Assembly (NCBI GenBank): GCA_000320545.1
Contig: ADNK01000614.1
Span: 1-64,000, forward strand
DNA: 64,000 nucleotides
Source of the DNA: Bigelowiella natans CCMP2755
Taxonomy: Eukaryota; Protista; Cercozoa
Reading direction: 5' to 3'
The number at the start of each line of letters is the position of its first letter. Position 1 is the stretch's first letter. Positions 26,301 to 39,644 of the stretch are shown here, piece after piece. The translations under genes and the position numbers were made by a program. The notes under the pieces are model-generated. The model saw only the letters and a list, made by a program, of their open reading frames with translations. It was not told the DNA's origin and did no database searches.

Positions 26301-26665
26301 ATAATAATAAAAAAATAGTAATCCTTACACAGTGCGCTTCCTCCTCGTCCTTCTTTTCCTATTTCTAAAGGCGGAGTGGGTTGATAGAGAAAAGCGGGCA
26401 CTAGCCGAGACCCGAAAACTGAAGAAAGAATTAGGTGAGATTCCCACGCGTTGTCGTTAATTGAAAATTTGTCGTTCGTCATAACAAGACTCATATTCTT
26501 TTAGGAGACAAGGCCACACGAAGCATCTGGAGCGCAAAGGTGGAGCAGTCAAAGCACAATCGTTCACATCCACAATCCATGCTTAATGAATACTTTGCAC
26601 ACAAGATTTAATCTTTTCCACATGACGGACTTTTTCGGTTGTGCCCCTACCTAAATGTACTTATA

Positions 26666-26702
<37 letters not shown>

Positions 26703-27027
26703 AGGTAAAGTGTAGTAATAATATATACATATATTATATGGATTCGTGTGTGTGTGTGTGCTTCTTTAACTGTGACTACCTTGTGTAGGGGGTGACACAA
26801 CTAAAGACTCAAGACTCACAGAGGTAATAAGAAAGAGAATAACCAGAAATTATCAACAACTCAACACTGGCCCCCTCCTCATATTTATAGTCCATTCTTG
26901 TTTTCCTTTTCTAATGTTATGAAGTTTCCAACGGGTTGTCTTTTTACTTGTCGATTAATCTGCCGTAATTATTCTTTATGCTAAGGCGGAGGAAGAGTGT
27001 GAAGACGTCGCAGAGAAGCATGAATAA
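24464..27027 (+). CDS. PDZ-like domain + coiled-coil protein, multi-exon
   Basis: LPLGLTLTDVGSSEGEVRVLSVESGSQASKLGVMPRWVLAAVGE has a PDZ pattern. Later exons: EEKRLLRKMKELHEGLVKARRENNILQKEV, AEWVDREKRALAETRKLKKEL, and a terminal AEEECEDVAEKHE-TAA. Confidence 0.65.
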
Positions 27028-27745
27028 GACTAAAACGGCGAAGAGCTTGGGACATGATGTAACTAAATTGATTTACATTGCTGCTAATTGTCGCAAGTCT
27101 AGCATTTTTGGCCTTTCTCGTCTTATGATGCTTATCCTCACGAGCTAACTTTTTTGTATTTTAAATATCTGACACAGAAAAAGAAGAAGAAGAAGCAACC
27201 GTTCAGCTCCGGAATCTCTACCACATCGCATAGGTTTAACTCAAGAAAACAAACTGGGGCGATAAGGTTGTGAAGTACTTAGTCTCATGTATCCTTGATA
27301 ACATACATGTATTGAATGAATGTGACGTAATTTTTTGTTGTAAGGATACCACCTGAACTGCTGAAGCTTCCAGTGTTTGACGAAGACTTTCCAAAACCAG
27401 TCTTCAAAATAAAGCTCACTGAATTGCAACAGAGAGGATGAAAGATGATTAGATGACTGTAGACGGCAATCCCTAGTCACACAATGTCCCGTATTTTTAG
27501 ACAATTAAAAATGCATCACAAAAATGCAATGACGACGCTTTCGCATCCTTTCTCATAGCTTGTGTTGATGCTGACATGTTGTTGTGCACATCACATGCTT
27601 GCGTAGTTTCCCGCAGATGCATTCCCTTGCAAGGGAGCAGCTGACTAGAGATCATTGGTCAAAGATGCGACAATGCGTGTGCATGGCTCTAGACCCTGTC
27701 ACACCTCTCAGCGAGATGCTCTAAAAATGAGTTCGAAGAAATCTA

Positions 27746-28491
27746 GAAATCCAGAATCGAAATGCGCAGCTCATTGTGGAAAAACATGATCATCATCAAA
27801 AATCATCATGAGCCACCATCGTTTGTTTTCGCTCGTGATGTCAGCAGCTCAGGCACCATGAGTGGAGAGCCTGAGTTCATGCACGGCCCAGACTGCATGC
27901 AGCGTGAGACGTGTGTTTGCTTCGATTTGCGCGCGGATGAGGCATGCATTCGATTCGGCCATCGCCACGCGCCACGCTGCGAACCACATGCAAGCAATGA
28001 ACAATTCACGGTTGCGTTGCATGCCAATGTCCAGATGTGGTGCTTTTGGATCATTTTGGGTTCAGCTGAAAGGATCGATCATTGGACATGCCAACTCTTC
28101 CAGTCTTCCGCTTCCGGCCATGAGCGCTTGAGGCGATGACCTGCCGTGACAGTTCACTCAAGGGAACCAGCTGGCTTCGCATGAATGAATGAAGAGATCA
28201 TCAAGCAACGAATGAGTGAATGATTCATTTGTTCGTGTCCATTTCGACATTCCAACAAGATGCGCACAATCGCCGCTGACAAGCTAGACGCACCTGCAAG
28301 CTGAAGAAGAAGAAGAAGAAGAAGAAGAAGAAGAAGAAGAAGAAGAAGAAGAAGAAGAAGAAGAAGAAGAAGAACTGTTTCGTGCAAGGTTGAATGAATG
28401 AAATGCAAGAATGAAATGATTCCAACGAAGTGATCTGAAAGGATCATCGGAGCTCACTCATCCAGCCTCCCCAAGAGGTTCCTGAAAGTCG
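27746..28491. other. TpA-depleted tract, probable mutationally eroded relic sequence
   Basis: By manual reading there is only one TA dinucleotide (28285, in CTAG) in about 746 bp. The tract is rich in TG/CA and (TGAA)n. Confidence 0.8.
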
Positions 28492-28615
28492 TACGGGTAG
28501 GTCAAACCCAGGGCAAAAACCTTGTCGTCCTTCACATTTTGGGTTGTCGCAGATGGGAAATCCACTGTGAGAGAAAGGAACAAACCGCTCTTGCTGCTGT
28601 TCCTCCTCCTTCGGG

Positions 28616-30116
28616 ATGGTGTGGCGATTCGCCTCGCCCTATCCCCGAGACAGTCGCTCCTCTCTCACCTCCTTGCTAATTGTCTTCATTGCTGCTATCG
28701 AGCTGCCTGTTCTTGCCCGCAAAGGCTTGACACCACCGAAATTCGATGAGCAGGAAGTGGCGGAGTACGAAGACTACATCACTTGCAAAGGTCGACTTAA
28801 ACTGGATTTCATCATGCATGCTGGTGCTGCTCCACCCTGGGCAGTAACCCCCTTTATTTTTCATGACGCCTCGCAATTTACAATGTGCCTAGGCCATTGG
28901 GAGGGTCGACGGAGGATTTTCCCTCGTCAATGGAATGTGACTGCGTGCAACGCCTCGTTACCAGTCTGGGTGGTGGAAAGTCTCTCAGAGCTCGGGGACA
29001 TCCCTCCGCTCCTAACGGAGACGCAACAACAAGCTCGAAGACGCTGTGAGAGGACTCCCAAAAATAGGAGGCTCCGATTTCCGTTCCCATATGAGCGCCC
29101 CGTGCTGTCCCAAGACGACGCACTGAGTATTCCTCGCTTACACCTCAAGGAACTTTCTCCACTGAACTTCTACCAACGCTTCGTGAGCCGTGGATTGCCG
29201 GTCAGCTTTCATATCTATGACAATGATATTTTAGAGTCGCGTGGATGATCATAGCAAAATATATTGAATAATCTCTTCGGAGTTCTTTCTTGTTTATCCT
29301 ACACTAAAAGTGGTGAAAGTTTAAATAGTTTTCGTGTCGAATACTTTGTTGTTACAGGTTGTGTTACAGGGCTTCAAGGATAAAAACCCAGAGCTTTGGT
29401 CAAGTCATCTTATAGACATCTCTAGGGCTCGGCATCAGCACATGCAGGAAATAGGGTGCATGGAAAAGAGCTGCAGCAGCATGGCTTTGCTGACGCATTA
29501 TCAAGAAGGCATGCCGAGAATGACAGAGGAATGGATGCCACAAACGTTCGATTTCTCGCAGCTGGTGAGTGGATACGACACATCAGGATTGATGTGGGAG
29601 GATCCATCTATGTTTTCTGGCTTTCCCGGTGAGACATTCGCAGACCGCTCCCACGTGGACACAGGGTGCGACAACGATATTTCGATTCAGCTTACTGGAA
29701 GAAAGCGATGGTCATTATACGCTCCAGTGCGTCACCTTACAAGCGGCGGGGAGGTGATTAAGCCCCTAACTCGCATGGACACGGTGCTAGGACCCTTTGA
29801 GGCTCTCTACAAGCCTCCTGGGTGGTTCCATAATACTACAATTCTCGACGAGGGGGATGGGGCAGATCAAGCGGAGGACTCGATGGCTTTGGTTCTCTCC
29901 TTCATCGACCCCCCTCCTTATGGAAAATTGCTAGAATCTAGTCCGGGCGTGTGGAAAAACAACCCCTTTGGATTCTCTAAATGTGCTTACCACAAGAAGC
30001 GAGGATGGTGGAAACGCTCCATGATGTGGAACGAACTGATGCAAAAGAAACACATTGCAAACCCGTCGGAAATGAGTGAGCGTGAGCAAAGCCACCATCC
30101 CAAATCTGAATTATAA
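28616..30116 (+). CDS. JmjC (cupin-8-type) 2OG/Fe(II) dioxygenase with N-terminal hydrophobic signal and C-terminal KSEL; one intron 29201-29357
   Basis: FYQRFVSRGLP/VVLQG, RSHVDTGCDNDISIQLTGRKRWSLY and LGPFEALYKPPGWFHNT give an intact HxD...H triad. N-terminal LTSLLIVFIAAIELPVLA. Confidence 0.85.
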
Positions 30117-31032
30117 AGTTTGTACCATCGATCCTGAACGCTGCATATAGGCTAGAAAATCAAAGCAAGTAGTAGTGCCGATTGTTAATATTCATAGTAC
30201 ACCTGGCGTGTGGCGTATGCTACGCTGCATCACAGACGTACCCACGCGGATCGAACATACATATACGATAGATGCGATCGGGCTCGATGCACGGCTCATG
30301 ACTATTGAATAAGTAAGGACCATCGATTCTTGTTGTATATGTCGTCGATTTGTACATCCAGAGAGCGCCTATAGCATAGCTTGAGCACTATTCCATACAC
30401 TAGTTCTCAGCGATTGCACGGCTAGTCGCGATGATGGTCGCTGCTCTTGAAAAGTCTCTGCCTATCTAGCTATAGCTATGGCACATTATATAGACAGAGG
30501 CGGCTTGCAGAAGCGTTCCGTATATCGATCGGCATATCGATGGGTTCGACCATTGAATAAGCAATTTGATTTGTTCATTTTTTTGCATTTTGTTCTCATA
30601 CTCTCGCTTGTTTTCCCATGTGTCGCACGGGAGTCGTACATGTATACATGATATGGACGGCGATACATGCAAAACATACAGTGATTAATTCTTATATTTT
30701 CAATCGTCATCCTTATCTATTCTACATATTCATGTAGCTGTGCAACATGAAGCAGCATGCAATTATACAATCTAGTAGTTGTGGACATAATACATGTACC
30801 TTGGCATTGCTAGACATTGTGCGCGTGTGCGCAGCTAGCTTGCATTAAAATTGTGCTGCGGTCGCAAGCAGATTCAATTTGTTCGCTACGATACATGCTG
30901 GATTCGTCATACATGCTCATTGTTCGTGTCCTTTGACTAGTCAGAACTAAATTTCTGGAATATATAATAATTTAACGTTGATCTCCGATGTATGTTGAGT
31001 CAAGCATACATCAATCAGCACGTAGGACTACC

Positions 31033-34000
31033 TCAGCTCAATACTGAATTGACAATGCCTAAACAAGCCTTCGCAAGGTCATCGTTCTCCGATTTGCAGT
31101 GCGTCGTGAGTTTTCCACCTTTAAATTCGATTTCAATCAATACGTCCTCCCCACCCATACTCGAGGAAAGGAACATGCATGCATGGGAGGGGTCGTTGGG
31201 GCTCAGCTGCCTATAAGCCATTTTCCTCATTCCGATTCCCGTCAAACTGAAATCAATCATCGAAGGGAATAAGTAGTTAGGACTAGACCGACGATGCAAA
31301 ATTTCTCATTTGATTAACCACTGACGACCGTGAGTACAAAACGTAGTACCTTTTCTCGATGTAGTCAGGCGTAGTATTTGCTGGGCTTAGAATAGGCTGT
31401 GTAAAATCTTCAAGCTCCTCCCAACTGGCAAGGAAATCCTGAGGATTGTCGACTGCATCGTCCTTGTCGAAGAGGATTGCCCACTCAGTGAATGGAATGT
31501 AGAAGAAAGATACACCCAGCTGCGACTTCATCGCGGCTTGAATCTGGCCAAATTTATCGTGGCTGAACTTCCCTTCTTCCGATAAGACTGTTGAGTATTG
31601 GATGCTTTGTCCTGGTTGGATGGCAGGGGGCTGACAAGGAAAAATCGGAGTAAGTTTTCGCATATCAAGGATCTAATTTCTAACATGTTACCTTGAATTG
31701 TGGTGTTGTTTGAAGCCCAAGGAAGTTGTCATTGAATTTTAACAAAAACTTCGTCAAGGGTTGCTGCGTGGAATTCTTCATGTATAGGTTCAATACGACT
31801 TCGTCGTCCGAACTGCAGGCAATACACGGGGCGTGAGTTGGAGGATCAGATATAATAAATAATACAGTTGGCGCTCACTTTTTCGAGAAGTACGCCGCAA
31901 CATCTAATCCTTTATAGTTCTGGCCTCTGGAAGAACTCAGCACGACCACAGGCTGACGGTAGACACAAGAGAGGATTAGAATTTTTATGGATACCGCAAC
32001 TTATAAAGCAAAAGCAACCTTTCCAGTGGCTGGAGTGGCGCTAGCGGTGGTCTTGGCCTCCTTGCTAATGTCGTTGCCGTCTAGCATGCCAAGGAGATCC
32101 TACATTTTCACACAGAAGGATGGATGATGAGAAAACAAAACTACACACAATTAACTATGAGCTGCAGGTCAGTAATATTGAAGTCTACGCAACAAGAGTA
32201 CCGAGGTCGCAGATGCTGGGGCAGCAGTGGCAGTTGGCTGTGCGGTTGGTTGTGTTTCACCCTCATCCTCGTCCTCATCTTCATCCTCATCGGAGTCGTC
32301 ACTATCATCCGAATCTTCGTCTGAGTCATCGTCGCTCGATCCCCCCTCACCATTCTTAGTCTTGAAGTTCGTCGTTCTGTCGCCCTTGACAAGCTGCTCG
32401 GGAGGCTTGTGGAAAATCGACGATAAGGTGTTGACATTGGAGAGGAGGATATCAAGAGTCTTGGACTCCAGCTGGAAGGTTCGGTCCGATATCTCAGGCT
32501 TCTTTCCCAGCACGACGGCTTCGGCCGTTTTGGGGTTCTGGTACAACAGTCTCCAATACACGAAGCCTCTGTCTCGAAGGTCGGGATTATCAATTTTCTT
32601 GGTGCAAATCTCAAGCACTTTCTTCACGAGGGCCCCTGCCTCATCGGGTTTGTACAGGAATAGCTTCACTACGGCTGTGAGAATCGCAAGCTGGACTTGA
32701 GTGCCTTCGTTCTCAAAGGTGTCCGCAAAGTTCTCAAGGAGCTCGTCGGCGTTGGAGATACGGTGAGAATACTCACCGATGATCCAAACCATTGATGCTT
32801 TCGCCTCTGGTTCGTCGAGACTGTCAAGGTTGTCGCACAACACGCTAATAATCTGCTCGTATTTATTAGGATACTTGCGGAAGATATCTTTAATGACGAT
32901 GATTCCCTCCTGGACGACGTAGTTTACACCTGTCTTGATAAGTTCCAAGAGAACGTGAACACATTTTTGTGCCTTCGCAGGGAGCTTAATAGCACAACGA
33001 CCAATGGCTCTCACGGCCTTTCTCACAAATTCAGTGTCAGCTTCCTTCGCGTAGCTTTTGAATTCCGTGAGGATAATGTCGATATTAGTATCGGTAGCCA
33101 GACGAACCATGATTTCGAGCTTCTCGACTTTTACGTAGATTGGATCGTTGTATTCACAGAAGAATTCCTTCAGATATTGGAATCCATCCGATAGAAGATC
33201 AGGAAACTTTTGGATGATTAAATTTATGTTACGGAGTGCCACGTATTGAATTTCAGGTGGATGGATCGAATGGTTGAGCAGGGTGATTAGAGGTGGACGC
33301 ATAGCGTCGAGAGATACTTTCCTCACGGTTTTGGACTGCACCAAGGGCAAATACTTCATAATAACCTTGATTGCAGACATAGAGACGGCCGCATTTTTAT
33401 GTTTTAACTGAGGGCTAACGCGCTGGAGAATGCTTGTTGCCTCTTTTTCATCTGGCTCATAAGCTGCTAGGGCATCTAGAAGATATACTTGTCCCCATTC
33501 ATTGCACTCAGAAAGCGCAGCGGCAAGTCCCGAAAGCATGTTAGAGTTCATGTTGAAAACGTCCCTTCCACTCTTCATACCGATCTCAGTTAGCGCAGCA
33601 ACAGCATTAAAAACGACCATAGGGTTTCCCTCAGAAATGAGCTCCCGAAGCTTAGGAACAAAATCACCTTCGAAAATGATATCTGAATCGATATCGTACA
33701 ACTTTACAGTGCAAATAGCGGCTGTCTTCTTTACGTAGTCATCCTTGTCCCGAAGTGCGAGTTTGAGAGTACTTGCAAGGCTATCCACGATCTTGGGGAT
33801 ACGAATGCAGCCCATCGTTCGAATGGCAAGTGCACGAATCAAGGGGTCGGGATTCTGAGCGTCTTTTTGAAATTGGTCTACGATTTTCATCGCCGCATCG
33901 GGGGCTTTTCGTGCGTAGTTAATAATGTAAAGATAGACCAGTTTCTTTAATTCCAGGTCAGGGGACGAGACACTCTTCACAACATCGTTAAATAGCGGCG

Positions 34001-34362
34001 ACACATCAGTGCCGCAAGTCATAAAAGCGATGACTTTTTTCACGGCATCTTTCTGCACTGCAGTTTTATGGTCCTGATGTCGAAGATAAATTACTCAGAT
34101 TTACGAAGCGTGGAAAAAGAGTATGCCAAAACACCATAAAGGTTTGTATTGTAAGAGTAAACTGAGGCGCAACAGGTTGGTGGCCTGGCATGTTATCGCA
34201 ACTTTTAGACCAGAGGGTAACACTCAAGTCCGTAAAAACATAAATATCTCTGCATCTTTGTATGATGGTTCTTACATTAAGGTTTTTCTTGAGCTCCGAG
34301 ATTTCACTCCTTTGATTTGACGTCTTGAAGTAGTCACCTCCCTTCTTCTTCCTGGCGGCCAT
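31033..34362 (-). CDS. AP1B1/AP2B1: AP-1/AP-2 adaptor complex beta subunit (beta-adaptin)
   Basis: DYFKTSNQRSEISELKKNLN, KDAVKKVIAFMTCGTDVSPLF, LELKKLVYLYIINYA, NPDPLIRALAIRTMGCIR, LDEPEAKASMVWIIGEY, DNPDLRDRGFVYWRLL. Acidic hinge with DLLGMLD, then ear-domain exons ending LGIVNSVLS-TGA. Confidence 0.96.
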
Positions 34363-35509
34363 TCTGTCGATATGTCCTTTTGGAACCCCTTCTCTCTGGA
34401 TTATAGAAAATAATTATTGAATGGATGCATTCATAACGTCAACTGTGAACAATATAAACCGCACCGCTCGACGAATTATGATTGATATGCAAATCGACTA
34501 AAAGCTCAATAATTTAATCTTAATCATTGCTCGCTCACAGCACTTAAGATTCATGAATCACGGCCATATTACGATCGAATTATCAAAAAGGCTGTGCTCT
34601 GCAGTCCACCGACGTGGAAGGCAAGGGTTAGGCAAAGGTGATTCAACCACAGCAAAGCGCTATTTCAGACTTTAGCGCACAATGCAATGCAGCCAAAATC
34701 TTGGAATAAGCTCAACGACAAGATGAGGGAACTAAATTGTGAGAAATTGTCCTCTTATTTTAGTGAAAGTTATCCAAAACCGGATCTAAATAAAACCCCG
34801 ACCAAATATCCCTGTCTGGAATCTAACTTCAGACAAATAAATAAGGTACACTCATCCAGTTTTGAGAAATAGTATTAGATAAATTTTCCCCTTAATTGGA
34901 AAGTTTTGAAGACTTAAAAGATAATTCAAAACAATCTTTATATATGCGCCTACGATAAGTACAGTTTTATTAGGCTGATAGTGATAGGAAAAATGTGGCA
35001 ATCTTATTCCGCTAAAGACTCTGCATCTAATATTTGTCGTTCGAAATCTAGGTGGATAAAAATTACATGCGTCAAAAGACTATCGCCAATTAGTACCATA
35101 TTCTCGAGGAATTCTCAATCTTTGAACACCTTCGTGAGTTCCACAATAACTGAAACTCCAAGAGATATGCCTGTGTCGATGCGAAGGAAGCATTTTTATT
35201 TCTTGGAATTAGATGCTTTTGCTCTGAAAAGGATCCGATTTGAAGGTGAAATATCAGGCCACTAAGCTCATAATTTGTGGTAAAATTTATACTGCGACAA
35301 TTAAGTTAGAGAATTTTAAACTTGAATTTCATTTTCCGTTGAAACCTCGAGTAAATCTTGCCAGGCCCTGCTGCTCGCCAAACGGAAGCGACAAAGTGAA
35401 GCACCGAAATGGTTCGGATTCCCATAGAGCTCATTTAACTCTTAACTGGGAATATTATAATGTCGTAGTCTAATAATCACACCTATTAATAAGACATTGT
35501 TCCAACCAG

Positions 35510-36802
35510 ATGGGATGCAAATCTGAAAGGTGCGATTCGCCCCTACCGGGCGATCCTTAAGTAAAGGTACTCATCCAGAAGCTCTACTGGGAGGAGCACA
35601 TTCATTGAACAAGATAGGACGGAACTGTTCGCTCTACGCCATAGGCGCTTTGGATTTGCGCGATTCCAAAAATTTTGCGTGGCAGCATCGTATCGGTGTT
35701 GAACGAGTCACGAAAGCATCCCGTTAGAAGACTGGCAGAAGGAAAATGAGCATGTTCAACAAATGGAAAAATGCTTTTAAGAAGCGTAAGAAAAAAGGTG
35801 CAAGCACGGACAAGGCCAACGCTTCGACCACAAGCTACATGCTCGATGATGCTGACATAGGTGTTTGACACGCAAAAATCAGTTCCTTCGACTTTCAAGG
35901 ATGTGCACTTCAGACAAGCCACATACACACCCCACCGATTTCGCTTGTCAGGCGGCAGCATACATATATGATTAAGATGAAATTTTGTGATACGCAGCTC
36001 ATCCAGTGAAGATCTTCATTGAAGGAGGGCCTGTCCACACAGGCATTCTCAAAGCGGGCGGAACCCCTGAAAACAAAACTGGCACGTTTCGTTGGTACAG
36101 AAGCGTTGGAAGACAATTCACTTGCCTCAAAGATGTAATTCTTCACCAATACAGTTATTTCACGATCAAATCGCTTAACATAATTTTATTGAACAGGTGA
36201 CCGGGAACACCTATCAGCCGACGCTAGATGACGTAGGCAGCCGCATATCCACCCAATGGATTCCTGATGACGAAAGGTTCTCTCCCGAGTTGCTTGCTGA
36301 ATTTCGCAAATCCATTCCACTCGTATTTTGCAACAACAAGGAGTCAAGATTCCCCAGAGGAATGACAGCTATTTTCACACATGTTCTTCGTTCAGGATGG
36401 TGCCCTCTGCTTTCGGTGAAGCGGGTCCTCTCGACCTTGACCCTAACGTAGATATACGAGCAAAGAAATTCTTAGACTCGGACGAGGAGGAAACCACCTT
36501 CATAATCACGCTCGGTGCTCCTGGGCTATCCGAGGCACCTAGCACATGCACCAGCGTGCATAACAGTTCCACCAATGTCCACATATTAGAGAAACCAACG
36601 CTACCAAATGGCCCTCCCCCCCCATCTTCCTCTTTAGCAGTTCCAGAAAATGGGGACGGGGAGAACGTGAACGTAGAGAAGGGAACATTGAAAATCTCGC
36701 GGTCGGAGCTGAAGATCATGGATGTGTCAGGCACTGTGCTCCACAGCTTCCCATTAGACAAGGTAATTAATTCCATAAGTATGGGGACGCTTCTGCCAAT
36801 GA

Positions 36803-36844
<42 letters not shown>

Positions 36845-36919
36845 CGGCGTGTGCATACGTGGGAATATTGTGTAAGTACACAAACATGTGCTAATAGCAA
36901 TTTCTTCTGATTCTATCGT

Positions 36920-36957
<38 letters not shown>

Positions 36958-38264
36958 CCTCTCCCGCGGTGTAGAATCTAAGTGTATTGCTACCTGGATG
37001 GGGCCCACCAGTGCTCGTGCTGCAGTACAGACGTACGACGAGAGGCGATGAAGAGAAAGAATCATCTGACGAAAAGGAGGGGAAGCAGGATGATGTCGAC
37101 AGCAAGTCCCCAAATGATGTGAAGGAGGAGAAGGAAAGTCTCGCGGCTAGTACAGAATCGGAAGAAGGAAAAGGTAAGACCATCGCTTCCAAATCAATCA
37201 ATGACGAAGAAACGACTGAATCAAGCGCTGAGAGCGGTCAGGAAGAAGGGGCACAAGAAGATACCAAGAAGGTAGATCCTAGTGGGGAAGAACCCAACGA
37301 TGTTGCTGCTGCAGGAGAAGAAACAGTGGAGGGAGGCAAAGAGAAGGAATCTAGTAAGGTGGAAGAAGAGGGTGAAAAGAACATAGATAATCAGAAGAAC
37401 GACGGTATTGAAAACGGTGGAACAAAGTCCCTCGATGATAAGCAAACAATAGCAGTAGAACAAGATGCAACAGCGAAAGAGACGCACAAGGAAGAAATCG
37501 GCAAAGATGATGGCGGTGAGAAGCCGCAGCTCGAAGTGGAGACGGGTTCCATGAACAAGGACGGCGACAAGTCCAAAGACAAAGATGCAATGGAGGCCAA
37601 AGGAGAAGGGAAGGAAGTAAAGAGGAAACAGAAAGTCTCCTTCGACGATAGTCCTTCTGATCATCCTGTGCTCGTGGTTTCGACCGATTTCATGACCAGG
37701 GACGTCATTGCCCTTATCGCAAGGCGTCTGGCGAACCAAGAAGAGTTTCAACCTAAGGTGCCAGTGTGGGCATGAAGTGGGAGGGAGATTTGTAGACCAG
37801 AATTTTTTGGTGAAAACACATTCGATTTACTAGCAATATGATATGAAATAAAGTTCCGTATTCTTACTCCTATCATGTTCCCATGTGGCCTGAGTACATT
37901 GTTTTGAGTGCTTGTTTGTTTGCTTGTTTGTGTATGTAGGAGGAAGTTCCACTCCCTTCGTCGCAGAAAACCCGAGAGCAGCGGGATGACAGCGAGAACA
38001 AGAACAAGAGCAAAAAGGAGCTTGACCTGACAGATTCGAAAAATGTCCGTTTTGATTATCGTCCCTCTCCCCACGTCGTAAGAATATATTCGTCGTAGCT
38101 ATTTTTATGACCCAAGAAACAAATGGATGGGAAGAAGTTTGGTTAGTGAACAGGGGTGGGGTATTAATATGTTACGTGCTCCGTCTCCTATGTTGCGTAT
38201 GGCGTCATCCTCCTCGTCACCTTGGATGCTCTTCCTTATTTTCTTTCCTCTTTCTCGTTTTTCG

Positions 38265-38317
<53 letters not shown>

Positions 38318-38652
38318 ATCCTCCTGCTGCGGTTTCACCAGTCGTTGCAGCTAGGCGAGATGGAGGTGCTCGACAGCCCCACCAGCCCAACAGTCAATGT
38401 ATCTTCTCCTCCTTTCAAGGATGGCGGTGGTGATGATGATGATGATGATGAAGGTGGAGAGCAGCAGAGAAACGAGGGCGAGGAAGAATGCGGCACAGAT
38501 CAGGAAAAGAACAAGGAGCAGAGGGGGGGGGAGGAGCGGAAGGAAGGTGGTGATAAAGAGGAGGAAGACGGGGGGGAAGGTGAAGGGCTGAAACCCACTC
38601 CTATTCCAGGAATCCCGGTATTATAAGTAGATGAATGATAAACTGCGCACGT

Positions 38653-38685
<33 letters not shown>

Positions 38686-38862
38686 CAGAGAGAAAGAAAG
38701 AAAGAAAGAGAGAGAGGGAGAGAGAGAGAGAAAGAGAGAGGAGGGGACGGTTGTAACCAGTACCTAGCTCAAATTTCATACACTATTGATTTCTAGCCTC
38801 TTGCATGAAGATAGGATCTTGTCTAGGCCGACTTCTCCTGTTTGTGCCGCTTGCAGGGCAGT

Positions 38863-38911
<49 letters not shown>

Positions 38912-39611
38912 TATCCTCCCTCCCCTCCCTCTATATACGAACGCAGGAGAACGAGTTACGAAGGGTTATAGTGCGTCGCACGCCCTTCGGCATGCGTGTG
39001 AGTGGCGATTTAGTGGTAGAGGATGTTGGCGGCCCAGCGATGGAAGCAGGTCATCACAGCACGCACACACAATACACACAGAGAACAACGACTAGACAAC
39101 AATTACTACTACTACTACTACTACTACTACTACCACTAATTACTACTACTTCTACAAAAAGTGGTACCCCTCCTCTTGTTCGACAAGTGCAGTTTACAAT
39201 AGTACCGTGCTGCTTCAACAACATCATACAAGCCACGTTCGGAAGCAAGGGAGAAAGGGGGTGAGGGGGGGGACGGCACTACCCATTGCCGTGGTGAGAT
39301 CGACACACACCGCCATACTCACCACCACCTCTCAGGTATCGTCGAGGGCGACAGCATATTGTCGATCGCAGGCACAACGGCAGAGGTGATGACCTGGACA
39401 TCCGTCTTCAAAGCAGCGCCATTGCCCTTCGAGCTCGTCCTCAAAAAGAACCCGAACGCACCGCCTACCCCTGCTGCCAGTCAAGCGCATGAGACGCCTA
39501 GCAGTAAGACGGGGGGTGGCGATGACAGGAAGAAAGCCTCGTCACATCTCAAGCTTTCTAACACACGGAGTCCGAGTAGCGTCCGCTCAGAGGTGATTGT
39601 AGCAGTAGTTG

Positions 39612-39644
<33 letters not shown>

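Noticed and set aside
27762-28139. Overlapping ORFs on both strands as real genes
   Set aside because: Loss of TpA removes TAA/TAG stops and inflates ORFs. The His/Cys/Met-rich, Tyr-free translations fit erosion rather than coding.
34400-35500. AT-rich spacer as a possible RNA gene or transposon
   Set aside because: No tRNA/rRNA/snRNA motifs, terminal repeats or coding similarity were recognised. It is probably a divergent promoter or 5' UTR.
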